Shown: positions 30,525 through 39,885 of the stretch, piece by piece
Position numbering within the stretch: position 1 is the first letter of the stretch
How the letters are laid out: each line of letters opens with the position of its first letter
Source: Chloroflexota bacterium
Lineage (GTDB): Bacteria > Chloroflexota > UBA11872 > VXOZ01
Direction: 5' to 3'
Assembly (NCBI GenBank): GCA_964291655.2
Contig: OZ219802.1
Span: forward strand, 1 to 64,000
Length of the DNA stretch: 64,000 bases
Made by a program: the position numbers and the translations under genes
Notes under the pieces: generated by a model
What the model was told of the DNA's origin: nothing
Seen by the model: the letters and a program-made list of their open reading frames with translations, nothing else
Databases searched by the model: none

Positions 30525-31466
30525 TCATGATACCACGCTCGGTTCCTTGAGTACTGCGCCCACAATGGTACCGTAGCCACGGAGGAATTCAGCCGCAGGG
30601 AGGGCTCGTTTTCCTGCAATCTGCACTTCCTCCAAGATGACGAGACCCGCACCGGCGACCACCGCAAGTTCGCTCTGATGGTGCACCGCTCTGCCGGGCA
30701 CTTCTCCGGCCGTAGAAGGCAGTGGCCGTGCACGAAGGATCTTGAGTTGTCGACCCTCCCAGAACGTCACCGCACCCGGCCATGGTTGCATGGCCCGCAC
30801 ATGGCGACAAATAGCCTCTGCATCCTGGCCCCACCGTACCAAGCCGTCACTCTTCTTGAGTTGCGGAGCATACGTTGCTTTGGAGGCATCTTGGGCCCGC
30901 GGCTCGATGCGTCCGGCGGCCCAATCATCCAGTGTTGGAAGGAGATGGTCGGCGCCGAGCCGGGACAACGCTTCAGTTAACGTTGCCGTCGTCTCATCTT
31001 CTGCCAGCGGAATTGAGCGTTGCCGCAGAATAGGACCGGTGTCAAGCCCTTCGTCCATTTGCATAATCGTGACGCCCGTCATTGCATCTCCGGCGAGAAT
31101 GGCGGCTGATACAGGCGCAGCTCCGCGGTGGCTCGGCAGCAGCGAGGCGTGCACGTTGAGGCACCCGAGCGGAGGGAGGTCGAGGATGCTTCGCGGCAGG
31201 ATCTTGCCGTAGGCCGCAACCACGATCACGTCTGCAGCGGCGGCAGCGAGTTCTGCTGCCACGGCGCGCCTGCGCAGCGATTGCGGCTGAGTTACAGCCA
31301 AGTCAAGCTCAAGCGCCGCCTGCTTCACCGGCGACATCTGCTGTTTTCGGCCCCGTCCCGCCGGGCGGTCCTGCTGGGTCACAACGAGGACAACGTCGTG
31401 TTGCTTGGCCAGAGCGTGCAGACTGGGTACGGCAAAGTCGGCAGTACCGCAGAATATGACACGCAT
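30525..31466 (-). CDS. fmt: Methionyl-tRNA formyltransferase
   Basis: F.GT..FAV, NVHASLLP..RGAAP, MDEGLDTG. Confidence 0.96.
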   Translation of the reverse strand: MRVIFCGTADFAVPSLHALAKQHDVVLVVTQQDRPAGRGRKQQMSPVKQAALELDLAVTQPQSLRRRAVAAELAAAAADVIVVAAYGKILPRSILDLPPLGCLNVHASLLPSHRGAAPVSAAILAGDAMTGVTIMQMDEGLDTGPILRQRSIPLAEDETTATLTEALSRLGADHLLPTLDDWAAGRIEPRAQDASKATYAPQLKKSDGLVRWGQDAEAICRHVRAMQPWPGAVTFWEGRQLKILRARPLPSTAGEVPGRAVHHQSELAVVAGAGLVILEEVQIAGKRALPAAEFLRGYGTIVGAVLKEPSVVS

Positions 31467-31979
31467 TCAGCTTATCCTGGACTCTTCTGCTGGATCATCC
31501 AGCTCAGTATCGGGTTCAACGCGGTAGAGTTGTTCCGGGTCTTCCAAATGGTCCAGAAAGAGCGTACCGTCCAGATGATCGATTTCATGTTGAAATACGC
31601 GCGCAAGGAGATCGTTGGCACGAATGCGTATCTCTTTCCCTTCCAGCGAGCGTCCCTTGACAACGACACTTTGGTACCTATTCACCAGACCGTAGTAAGT
31701 GGAATGAGAGAGGCACCTCTCTTCGTCGAGAATGGTCTCTTCTGACGTCTTGACGATCTCAGGGTTTACCACAGCCATGCGCACATCTTCGGCGTTAACG
31801 ACGATAACGCGAAGCGATACGCCGATTTGCGGTGCAGCCAAGCCCACTCCGGAGGCAGCGTCCATCGTGGCGAACATGCGATCGGTCAATTTCCGCAACC
31901 CCCGCATTCCCACAGGGACACACAGCGCCTTCCGGCGCAGGATCTCATTGCCCAGTTGCAGGATTTCTTGTGCGGCCAC
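31467..31979 (-). CDS. def: Peptide deformylase
   Basis: GVGLAAPQIG, ERCLS, QHEIDHLDG; GTG start after GGGGGA. Confidence 0.93.
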   Translation of the reverse strand: MAAQEILQLGNEILRRKALCVPVGMRGLRKLTDRMFATMDAASGVGLAAPQIGVSLRVIVVNAEDVRMAVVNPEIVKTSEETILDEERCLSHSTYYGLVNRYQSVVVKGRSLEGKEIRIRANDLLARVFQHEIDHLDGTLFLDHLEDPEQLYRVEPDTELDDPAEESRIS

Positions 31980-32009
31980 GGCAGTTCCCCCACATTTCAA
32001 AGTGAACGC

Positions 32010-34433
32010 TTATAGCACGCTCACCGGGTCAACGTCGATCATCCATCCTGGCGGCACGTGAACTAAGAGATCGTGGATGCCCCGTCCGCGCACCATCACG
32101 TGCCAGCGGTAGAGCCCGCGTACCCGTTCAGGGAATGCAGGCGCGGGACCCAGAAGCTCAACCGCTAGCCGTTCACGTGCAATGGACTTCTCTAGACATT
32201 GTACCAAAGCGATTGCCGATTCTGCGGCCCGTGCGAGGTTGCGGTCCTGATACTGCAGAACTGCCATTTCCAGGCTTGGAGGGAAGGCGCCTGTACGCTC
32301 TGCAATGCTCTTGCGGTAGAACCATAGGTAGCGACCAATCTCTAGGGCCCGCAGGGGGAGACTCGCCGGTGTGTACGTCTGGATGAGCATCTCCGCCTGA
32401 GCCGTTTCGGCCAAGAAACCGATGCGACGCAGGAGTTGATACGTCCGCTCGGAGGCGCGAAAGTCAGGCAAGTGGAGCGCTGTGTCTGCGGAAACCACGG
32501 CATACAGGCCCACAGGTAACGGCTCGAAGAGCACGGCTGCGGTACCGACAAGGATGTCCAGCTTGCCTTCACGCAGCGCCGTGAAAGGGCGTTCCTCCTC
32601 CTTGGCATTGATCACGTCACGGTCCCAGCGGGCGACGCGGGCGGCAGGGAAGATTCGCTGTGCTTCGAGTTCGACACTCTGCGATCCGACGCCACGGAAG
32701 CGCAGTTGTGTTTCGCATTGCGGACAGTGAGTCGGTATTGGCGATTCTCCGCCGCAATGGTGGCAGCGCATGACGCCACTCGCTCGGTGCTGCACAAGCG
32801 GCACGCTGCAGTGCTGGCACTCGATTACATGTCCGCATTTGGGGCAGAGCGCATGGGTTGCGGCGCCGCGCCTATTCTGCAAGAGAACTACCGGCCGGTG
32901 TTCTTCAAGCGAACATGCAATGGCATCGCGCAACTCGCGGCTGATGAGCTGTCGGGGCCCCACGTGCCGCGCGGCGCGCATGTCTATGATTCTGGCAGTG
33001 GGAGTGACAGCAGCAGCCCGGGCGAAAAGCGCACGACCGTCCTCAACCTCTGCATAGGTGGTCACACGCGGCGTGTGGGAAAACAGCAGCATTGGCGCGC
33101 GGTGAGTCTCGGCAAGCCAACCGGCGACGGTGACCGCATGGAATCGCGGACTCTCCTGGTTCTTATAGGAGTCGTCATGTTCGCTGTCGACCAGTATCAG
33201 GCCGAGTTTTTGAAAGGGCAGGAAGACTGCTGAGCGAGTCCCAACGACCATTACCGATTCGCCGCGCTGTACACGCTCCCACGCCGTCCGACGGCGGGCT
33301 GCGCCTAATGGCCCGTGCCAAGAAAGGACTCTATCAGGAAAGATGGGATTGAGCTTCTGTACAATCCGCTGCATTGCAAAGCTGTTGGGGGCAAGCAGCA
33401 GCACTTGGGTCCCGGATCCAAGCGCCTGCGCCGCGGCGTGCAGATGGAGTGCCCATGGCGTCGAATCTACTCCTGACGCCGTACCCTCCATCACCACCAT
33501 GGTGTGAGCGTTGTCTGCCGGGAGGGAACTAGACATAAACTCAGATATCTCTGCCCAGGCGTGTTCTTGTTCAGGCGATTCCAGCCTCGGCAGGTCGTGC
33601 GACTGCACATCCCGAGCTTGGACTTGGTACGCCTCCCGAAAACTCACCAGTCCTTTTTCTTCCAGCGCACGTAGCGAGGCGACACCCGTCCCGGTCTCCT
33701 CCAGGAGGGTTCGAACCAAGACTCCTTGTCCATGCGACTCCAATGCTCGCAGCAGTTTCTTTTGCAAACGCGACCGTCGCAAGAGTGGCTCGGCTTCCTT
33801 GGTGGAAGACAGGCTTTCGACCCACTGGTCACGTAGGGACGGCGGCTTGATGGGTTGCAATGCCGACCTCAGGTGCACCGCGCCGAGCTTCTCTAAGCGG
33901 CGCTGCATGCGTGTAAAGACGGACGGCCCAGCCACATGCGTTAGACGCTCATGCTCAACTTCCCCCTCGTTCTGCAATGTCTCGAGGAAGAGGCGCTCGT
34001 TGCGCGTCGTTGCCACATCCTCAGGCAGTGCGACGAGCGGGTCCAATCTCGACCAACGCTTTACACGCCCACGTAGCCCGGGTGGGAGCATCGGCCCAAT
34101 GACTTTCATCGGTGAAGCTAGGTAGTATCGCGCTATCTTGCGTGCTAGCGCGATCTGTGCCGGCGTGAGGAGCGAGCTGTCAGCGACAACATCCATGATT
34201 TCACGGACATCTTCAACTGGGGAAGTTGCAGCGCCGGATACAACTAATCCTTCAATAATTCGTTCGCCGAATCCAACTAACACCATGACGCCGGGGGCAA
34301 TACGATCTCTGAGATGGTCCGGAATGACGTAGTGGTACGTCTTATCGGCAGGGACGTTGAGGACGTCCACAGCGATCTCGGCATACGGGGTTTCAAGGGG
34401 GGTGAGATTCACCCGCGCGGTGAGATTCGACAC
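32010..34433 (-). CDS. priA: Primosomal protein N' (PriA) with degenerate helicase motifs
   Basis: N-terminal 3'-binding domain, GTRSAVF.P, YK....PR.HA, NRRG, four CxxC, PDFRASE, LGPAPA; gmk-priA-def-fmt synteny. Confidence 0.92.
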   Translation of the reverse strand: MSNLTARVNLTPLETPYAEIAVDVLNVPADKTYHYVIPDHLRDRIAPGVMVLVGFGERIIEGLVVSGAATSPVEDVREIMDVVADSSLLTPAQIALARKIARYYLASPMKVIGPMLPPGLRGRVKRWSRLDPLVALPEDVATTRNERLFLETLQNEGEVEHERLTHVAGPSVFTRMQRRLEKLGAVHLRSALQPIKPPSLRDQWVESLSSTKEAEPLLRRSRLQKKLLRALESHGQGVLVRTLLEETGTGVASLRALEEKGLVSFREAYQVQARDVQSHDLPRLESPEQEHAWAEISEFMSSSLPADNAHTMVVMEGTASGVDSTPWALHLHAAAQALGSGTQVLLLAPNSFAMQRIVQKLNPIFPDRVLSWHGPLGAARRRTAWERVQRGESVMVVGTRSAVFLPFQKLGLILVDSEHDDSYKNQESPRFHAVTVAGWLAETHRAPMLLFSHTPRVTTYAEVEDGRALFARAAAVTPTARIIDMRAARHVGPRQLISRELRDAIACSLEEHRPVVLLQNRRGAATHALCPKCGHVIECQHCSVPLVQHRASGVMRCHHCGGESPIPTHCPQCETQLRFRGVGSQSVELEAQRIFPAARVARWDRDVINAKEEERPFTALREGKLDILVGTAAVLFEPLPVGLYAVVSADTALHLPDFRASERTYQLLRRIGFLAETAQAEMLIQTYTPASLPLRALEIGRYLWFYRKSIAERTGAFPPSLEMAVLQYQDRNLARAAESAIALVQCLEKSIARERLAVELLGPAPAFPERVRGLYRWHVMVRGRGIHDLLVHVPPGWMIDVDPVSVL

Positions 34434-35050
34434 TTTTCCGCCGTAATTATTGCGCTCACTTGGTTTACGGCCTGGTCAATCTTGCCGGTGTGGTTAGTCA
34501 CGAAATAGTCGAAATTGGGAATCGAGGCAAGTTCGCGGCGCAGCACAGCGTCGCGCCTTGCTCGTTCAGCGGGGGACTCTACGCCTCTACGGACTCTGCG
34601 CTCTTGAAGTGTCTCTAAGGATTGCTCCGGCACGCCGATGAATATGTGAATGCTCTCGGGCATGCGGTGGCGCACGGATGCGGCCCCTTGCACGTCCACC
34701 CGCAAGACAACGTCCTGGCCGCGGTCCAGCGCCGCTATCACCTCATGAAGTGGTGTGCCGTAGCGGTGCCCGTAGACTACTGCGGTTTCCAGAAACTTCC
34801 CTTGGGTCTCCCACTGCGAGAACTCGTCGTACGAGAGAAAATAGTGGTGTGTGCCGTGCACCTCTCCCGGTCGGGGGTCCCGCGTGACAGCGGTAATGAC
34901 GCGATAGAAGGCCACTCCCTTGTCTGCCAGGCCGTCGATAATCGAATCTTTTCCCGCGCCGGAAGGGCCGGAAAGCACGAAGAGATGCGGTCCTGAGTCT
35001 TCCGCAAAAGAAGAAACTGCTTCCGGTCTTGGCTGCTCTTCCGTATCCAC
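34409..35050 (-). CDS. gmk: Guanylate kinase
   Basis: SGPSGAGK, TR.PRPGE..G.H.YF, YGT, DVQGA; GTG 35050 after GGAG. Confidence 0.94.
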   Translation of the reverse strand: MDTEEQPRPEAVSSFAEDSGPHLFVLSGPSGAGKDSIIDGLADKGVAFYRVITAVTRDPRPGEVHGTHHYFLSYDEFSQWETQGKFLETAVVYGHRYGTPLHEVIAALDRGQDVVLRVDVQGAASVRHRMPESIHIFIGVPEQSLETLQERRVRRGVESPAERARRDAVLRRELASIPNFDYFVTNHTGKIDQAVNQVSAIITAEKCRISPRG

Positions 35051-35192
35051 TCTGGCAAACTCCGGCTTGTTGGAAAACCGCTGTGGTGACCAGACTACGT
35101 TACGCAAAAGCTGACGGTCAATTGCGACCGATGGCGGCCTGGTAGCGTGGCGCCGCCAACTGCGCAACTCCTCACGCCAGGAGAGGCATGGA

Positions 35193-36200
35193 TCACGCCT
35201 GTTCCCATGGAGTCAGATTCTGCTCGGTGAATTCAAAGTGGAACAATACGTAGCTCTTGTACCGGCGCGGCGTTATCGTGCCGGTCTCTTGTGCCGAGCG
35301 CACAGCGCAGCCGGGCTCGTCGATATGCACGCAGTCGCGAAAGCGACATTGACCCATCAACGCGCGCACTTCAGGAAAGAGATGGGGCAGGTCTTCAGGT
35401 TCAATACTCCACGACGAAAGTTTGCGCAGCCCCGGCGTATCCATTACGTGCGACTCATCGTCGAGCGCAATCGTCTCGGTGCGCGTCGTGATGTGACGGC
35501 CCTCGCCCTTAGCGCCAACTGCTCCCGTGGGCAACGCGGCGCTCGCAGCAAGGCAATTGATGAGGGATGACTTGCCAACTCCGGATACTCCAGTGAACAC
35601 AGACTGCTTGCCCTGCAATTCCTCACGCAGCGACGCTATCCCGCTGCCGGTGACAACACTCGTTTGGAGGATCTTGTAGCCAATGCGCTCGTAGACTGAT
35701 AACTCTTCAGCTACCTCGCGAGAGATGCCTCGGTCGACCTTGTTGAGCACTAAGCATGCAGGGAGGGTGTGGTACTCGGCAATTACGAGGTAGCGATCCA
35801 GGAGCAAGAAATCGGGAGCGGGCTGAGAAGCTGCGAGCACGATAACGGCCTGATCGATGTTAGCCGCAAGGACATGGGCGCGTTTACTCTCGGGTGCCTG
35901 GCGCAGAAGTCCCCACGTCTCGTCATCATTCCGCAATATTTCTTCGATTACGGCAGTATTCGGGCTAAGCTCCCGAATGCGCACTCTGTCGCCAACGCTA
36001 ACGGGTGAGCGCGTCTGGGTAGGCAAGACGCGTTGCACGCGCGGCGCTCTGCTCTTGCTCGTCGAATAAATGAGCTCTTTACGCAATTTTCCCCGGAGCT
36101 TGCAACTAAACGTGCCGGTCTCAGTTCTAACCCCGTATTCTCCACGCGAGACCCTAATGACCGTGCCTTCCTGGATCCGTGTGCGAGGCAAGGCGCTCAT
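35193..36200 (-). CDS. rsgA: Ribosome small subunit-dependent GTPase A
   Basis: VGD.V, AANID, NKVD, GVSGVGKSS, GRH.T, DTPG, CRFRDC.H..EPGC. Confidence 0.95.
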   Translation of the reverse strand: MSALPRTRIQEGTVIRVSRGEYGVRTETGTFSCKLRGKLRKELIYSTSKSRAPRVQRVLPTQTRSPVSVGDRVRIRELSPNTAVIEEILRNDDETWGLLRQAPESKRAHVLAANIDQAVIVLAASQPAPDFLLLDRYLVIAEYHTLPACLVLNKVDRGISREVAEELSVYERIGYKILQTSVVTGSGIASLREELQGKQSVFTGVSGVGKSSLINCLAASAALPTGAVGAKGEGRHITTRTETIALDDESHVMDTPGLRKLSSWSIEPEDLPHLFPEVRALMGQCRFRDCVHIDEPGCAVRSAQETGTITPRRYKSYVLFHFEFTEQNLTPWEQA

Positions 36201-36347
36201 GTCGTCACGCTGAGCGCGCTTTGAGTCGCACGCACTCTTGCAGCGGTAGGTAAACACAGAGACCGACAACTAATCATAGCTGTCGGTCTTGGCGTAGCCA
36301 TATTTCGCAGCATCCACATGCAGCCATCTCTCTCGGCAGCGATTGAG

Positions 36348-37793
36348 CTATGGGGAAGACGGTGCAGCCGGGGCCTCCGATGGGCTTTCTTCTGCGGGCG
36401 CCTCTTCCGCGTTGGCTTCTACGGTGACTTCCTCGATGGTAACAGTGTCTTTCAAGAAGTCGATTGTCTTGCGCATGCGCAAGTTCATCGCGATGTTGGT
36501 GCGAGATTCGTTGCTAGTCAAGTGCTGTTGCATCTGCTGCAAGCGCGCCTGCACTTCATCCTTCGTAGGCTGTTTCGACGTTACGATCATCCCTGCCTGC
36601 TGCTGCTCTTGCTGAGCGATCTGCATCCGATAATTCGCCATGCTCTGCTCGATTTCGCCTTCAATCTCCTCTGCGGGAACCGCAATGTCTTCCTTACTCG
36701 CAACGGCGTCGAGCGCGATGAAATTTCGGACCATACTCTCTGCCCGATCTTGAATTCGCTGTTTCCAATCTTCCTCCGAAAGGTTGATCATCTGGAGGTA
36801 GTATTCCTTGGGTATGCCGCGCTGTGCGGCTTCGAATGCTTCCCGCTGCTCCAGGCGCTGCGCCTGTTCTTCGATGAGGACGTCCGGCACCTCAAACGTG
36901 GCACTGGTGACGAGTTCCTGGACAAGCGAGTTCTCCGCCTGCTGTTCGGCATCTTGCTCCGCGCGTTCTTCCAGCCGCTTGCGCACATCCGCACGCAGAT
37001 CGTCGATGGATTCGAAATCCCCAGTGGCCTTTGCCAATTCATCGGAGAGACCCAGGAGACGTTTCTGGCTCGTACTTATCACCTTGATCTCGAAGTCGGC
37101 CGACCTGCCGCGTACAGCTTCCACGGCGTAGTCATCCGGCAACAAGAGGATGAAGGAGCGCTCTTGCTCGGCGACCATGCCGATGGCGGCTTCATCGAAC
37201 CCCTCCGGCATGTTGTTTTCGCCAACGATCATCGTGGAGCCGGGCGTGTTGGTGACAACTCGGCCCTCGACGCTGATGCGCAAGTCCAGGTTGACCCGGT
37301 CGCCTCTTTCAACCGGTCGTTCCACGTCGTCCCACTGCACGAACTGCTGCTCAAGGCTCTGCAACACTACTTCAATATCTTCATCGGTTACAAGCCGTTT
37401 TTCCTTGGTAATCTGGATAGCCCGATAGTCACCCGTATCAACTGCGGGCTTCACCGGCACCGTGGCTGCGAAAGACACGGGTTGATCCTTCTCGGCCTGT
37501 AGCAGCTCTAGTTCCGGGTTGCCCACGGGCTGGATTTCCGTCTGGTTGATTGCTTCAGCGTATGCCTCCGGCACGAGGCGATCGAGCGCTTCGCGAAAGA
37601 CCGAATCTGCGCCGGCATGACGCTCGACAAGGGCCTGAGGCGCGCGGCCGCGGCGGAAGCCGGGAATGTTGACTTTGTCGCTAACACGACGCACGGCGCG
37701 CTTGTAGGCCGTCTCGACCTCTTCGAGCGGCACATCCACCGTAAGTTTTACCCGGCTCTTTTCGAGTTTTTCCGACGCTACCGTGATCATCAT
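36348..37793 (-). CDS. tig: Trigger factor
   Basis: IPGFRRGRAP ribosome-binding signature, FKBP-like middle domain, helical C-domain. Confidence 0.95.
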   Translation of the reverse strand: MMITVASEKLEKSRVKLTVDVPLEEVETAYKRAVRRVSDKVNIPGFRRGRAPQALVERHAGADSVFREALDRLVPEAYAEAINQTEIQPVGNPELELLQAEKDQPVSFAATVPVKPAVDTGDYRAIQITKEKRLVTDEDIEVVLQSLEQQFVQWDDVERPVERGDRVNLDLRISVEGRVVTNTPGSTMIVGENNMPEGFDEAAIGMVAEQERSFILLLPDDYAVEAVRGRSADFEIKVISTSQKRLLGLSDELAKATGDFESIDDLRADVRKRLEERAEQDAEQQAENSLVQELVTSATFEVPDVLIEEQAQRLEQREAFEAAQRGIPKEYYLQMINLSEEDWKQRIQDRAESMVRNFIALDAVASKEDIAVPAEEIEGEIEQSMANYRMQIAQQEQQQAGMIVTSKQPTKDEVQARLQQMQQHLTSNESRTNIAMNLRMRKTIDFLKDTVTIEEVTVEANAEEAPAEESPSEAPAAPSSP

Positions 37794-37878
37794 TGCCGTG
37801 TATGCTCTCCCTTACCTCAACACCACTATTCGTGCAGATGTATTCCGCTTCAGTATTCGCGAATGTCTATGACATAGC

Positions 37879-37913
37879 AAAAAAAGAGGCGCAGCCTTAG
37901 CAGCGCTCTTTTT
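37879..37913 (-). terminator. Putative intrinsic terminator downstream of tRNA-Gly
   Basis: AAAAAGA(G)GCGC...GCGCTCTTTTT stem flanked by A/T tracts. Confidence 0.55.
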
Positions 37914-37945
37914 CTCTCACGTCGGCGTTCTCGTGACCTGCCGGG

Positions 37946-38017
37946 AGCGGAAGACGGGATTCGAACCCGTGACCCTCTCCTTGGCAAGGAGATGCTCTAC
38001 CTCTGAGCCACTTCCGC
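37946..38017 (-). tRNA. tRNA-Gly (GCC)
   Basis: Minus strand GCGGAAG...CTTCCGC-T, anticodon loop TTGCCAA, GGTTCGAATCC; CCA not encoded. Confidence 0.96.
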
Positions 38018-38035
38018 AATGCTTGATTCGTCATT

Positions 38036-38064
38036 ATTATAGCGAGTTAGCGAGTTCTTGGCAA
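38036..38064 (-). promoter_or_regulatory. Sigma70-type promoter of tRNA-Gly
   Basis: TTGCCA-N17-TATAAT on the minus strand, 18 bp upstream of the tRNA. Confidence 0.75.
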
Positions 38065-38290
38065 GATGCGGGGCATTGAAGGGTCGGAGAGTACACTATG
38101 AGTTCGAGCGCCTTCCGATGCAAGATAGCTGACGCACAATTGCGCAGAGTCCAAGGGTGCGTGAGTTTCCCCTCGCAGTCTTGATGCAAGAGTGGCTGCG
38201 TGTAGGCTGGCTACGGTCGGCAATGAAGCGATCAAGGGTAGTTCACAAGGGATGTGATATGCTAGTCCAATATACTGAAGGAGGCAAGAA

Positions 38291-38743
38291 ATGGCACAGG
38301 ACGACAATAGTGATGCACGTCGGGTAATTGCGCGCGCTTGGCAGGATGCGGGATTCAAAAGTCTATTGCTTCGCGATCCTCGTGCGGCGCTGGAGGACCT
38401 CAACATCGAAGTTCCAGACCACTTGTCCCTCTCGGTCTATGACAATTCCGGCTCCACCCACCACATGGTGATTTGCACGCCGTGCAGTTGCTACCCCTCT
38501 TTCATTGGGGCGGCTCCCGACTACTGGAAGGACCCCGATTACAAGAACGCCATCACACAGAATCCCGCTGCTTGGCTTGAGGGAATGGGCACAAAACTTG
38601 CCCCGGACGAAAACTTGCAGGTGGTAGACACCGACGTGAACAGTCGCGCATTTGTCATACCTAAGCGGCCTGAAGGCAAAATAACCGAGGAAACTACGGC
38701 GCACGTCGTCACTGCTACCAGCCTCGTCGGTCACACACGCTAG
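38291..38743 (+). CDS. Nitrile hydratase alpha / thiocyanate hydrolase gamma-like protein (short, no beta subunit nearby)
   Basis: ARRVIARAW.D..FK..LL.DP, HHMVICTPCSCYP metal motif, VIPKRPEG, SLVG; AAGGAGG RBS. Confidence 0.85.
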   Translation: MAQDDNSDARRVIARAWQDAGFKSLLLRDPRAALEDLNIEVPDHLSLSVYDNSGSTHHMVICTPCSCYPSFIGAAPDYWKDPDYKNAITQNPAAWLEGMGTKLAPDENLQVVDTDVNSRAFVIPKRPEGKITEETTAHVVTATSLVGHTR

Positions 38744-38800
38744 CAAGAAGCCCGGGTCAATTCTTGCCTTGAGTAGATACTATTCTGAGAGAATCAAGAG

Positions 38801-39757
38801 ATGAACTTGTGCATCGTTGGGTACGGCAGTATTGCCGAAGTGCATCGCCGGTCGTTTGCGCGGATTCCCGGCGTGCGCGTCGCGGCCGTCGTCGGTAGGC
38901 TCTTAGAACCGACGCGGGCTTTTGCCAAAAAGTGCGAAGCTTCATTTGCTACGGTTGAGTTGGAAGAGGCTCTGGCAAGAGATGACATTGACGCGGTCGT
39001 GGTCACGTCGCCCAGCGCTAAGCACGCGGCGCAGGCGCAGGCCGCCCTTGAGGCTGGCAAACACGTGCTGGTGGAGATTCCCCTTGCGCTTTCACTTCAT
39101 GAATCAGAGATGCTCACCGCTCTGGCAGAGCAGCGCGGCCGCACCCTGATGGTGGCTCATACGATGCGCTTTTGGCCTACCTTGACTGCCGTGCGGCAAC
39201 GCATCGCCGAAGGCGAGTTGCACGTACACAGCCTTTACATACACTATGGGTTCCTACGTCGGGAGAACGTGAATTGGCAGGGGCGGCGGCGCTCGTGGAC
39301 AGACAACTTGCTCTGGCACCATGGTTGCCATGCGGTGGATACGGCACTATGGCTGCTGGGAGAATCAGCCCAGGACATTGCCGGCTTCATGGGCCCGCCG
39401 CACCAAGAGCTAGAAATCCCACTGGATCTGGCAGTGTCGCTCCGCACGCCGCGCGACCAAGTGGTGTCATGTGCGCTCTCCTACAACACGATGCGTTCTC
39501 TCCTCGAAATCTTGGTCATCGGTGAAGAGACGACGCTGATGGTGCGGGATAGCAAACTGGTAGATCCCCATGACCAGATAGTAGCCGCGGGCGGCGAGAA
39601 TGAGGAAGGCAGCGCGGTCTACCTGCAAAATATCGAATTCATCAGCGCGCTTCGCCAAGAGCGGGAACCCATAGTCTCAGGTGAAGCTGTCCTGCCAACC
39701 ATGCGCGCGCTGCAGGCGGTGCAGGATATGAATCCGCAGAATCCGCATCAGCAGTAG
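38801..39757 (+). CDS. Gfo/Idh/MocA oxidoreductase, LigC-like
   Basis: VGYGSIA, AGKHVLVEIP, H..RF, and RSWTDNLLWHHGCHAVD resembling LigC/PmdC. Confidence 0.82.
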   Translation: MNLCIVGYGSIAEVHRRSFARIPGVRVAAVVGRLLEPTRAFAKKCEASFATVELEEALARDDIDAVVVTSPSAKHAAQAQAALEAGKHVLVEIPLALSLHESEMLTALAEQRGRTLMVAHTMRFWPTLTAVRQRIAEGELHVHSLYIHYGFLRRENVNWQGRRRSWTDNLLWHHGCHAVDTALWLLGESAQDIAGFMGPPHQELEIPLDLAVSLRTPRDQVVSCALSYNTMRSLLEILVIGEETTLMVRDSKLVDPHDQIVAAGGENEEGSAVYLQNIEFISALRQEREPIVSGEAVLPTMRALQAVQDMNPQNPHQQ

Positions 39758-39885
39758 GTTTCCCGCCCCGCAAGCGGGCTCGTTGTTGCTGCCGGGAATG
39801 TCATGGTATCGATCATCCACAGGCGCGCTTTCGATTCTGACCACCCCGTCTTTTCGTCCAGTACGGCCTGATGAGGAGGGCATTG

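Noticed and set aside
36318-37502. 394-aa + strand ORF
   Set aside because: Antisense shadow of tig with no recognisable motifs.
38291-38743. NHLP RiPP precursor
   Set aside because: It retains the CxxCSC metal motif, has no GG-cleaved core, and no YcaO, LanM, radical SAM or peptidase transporter is nearby.
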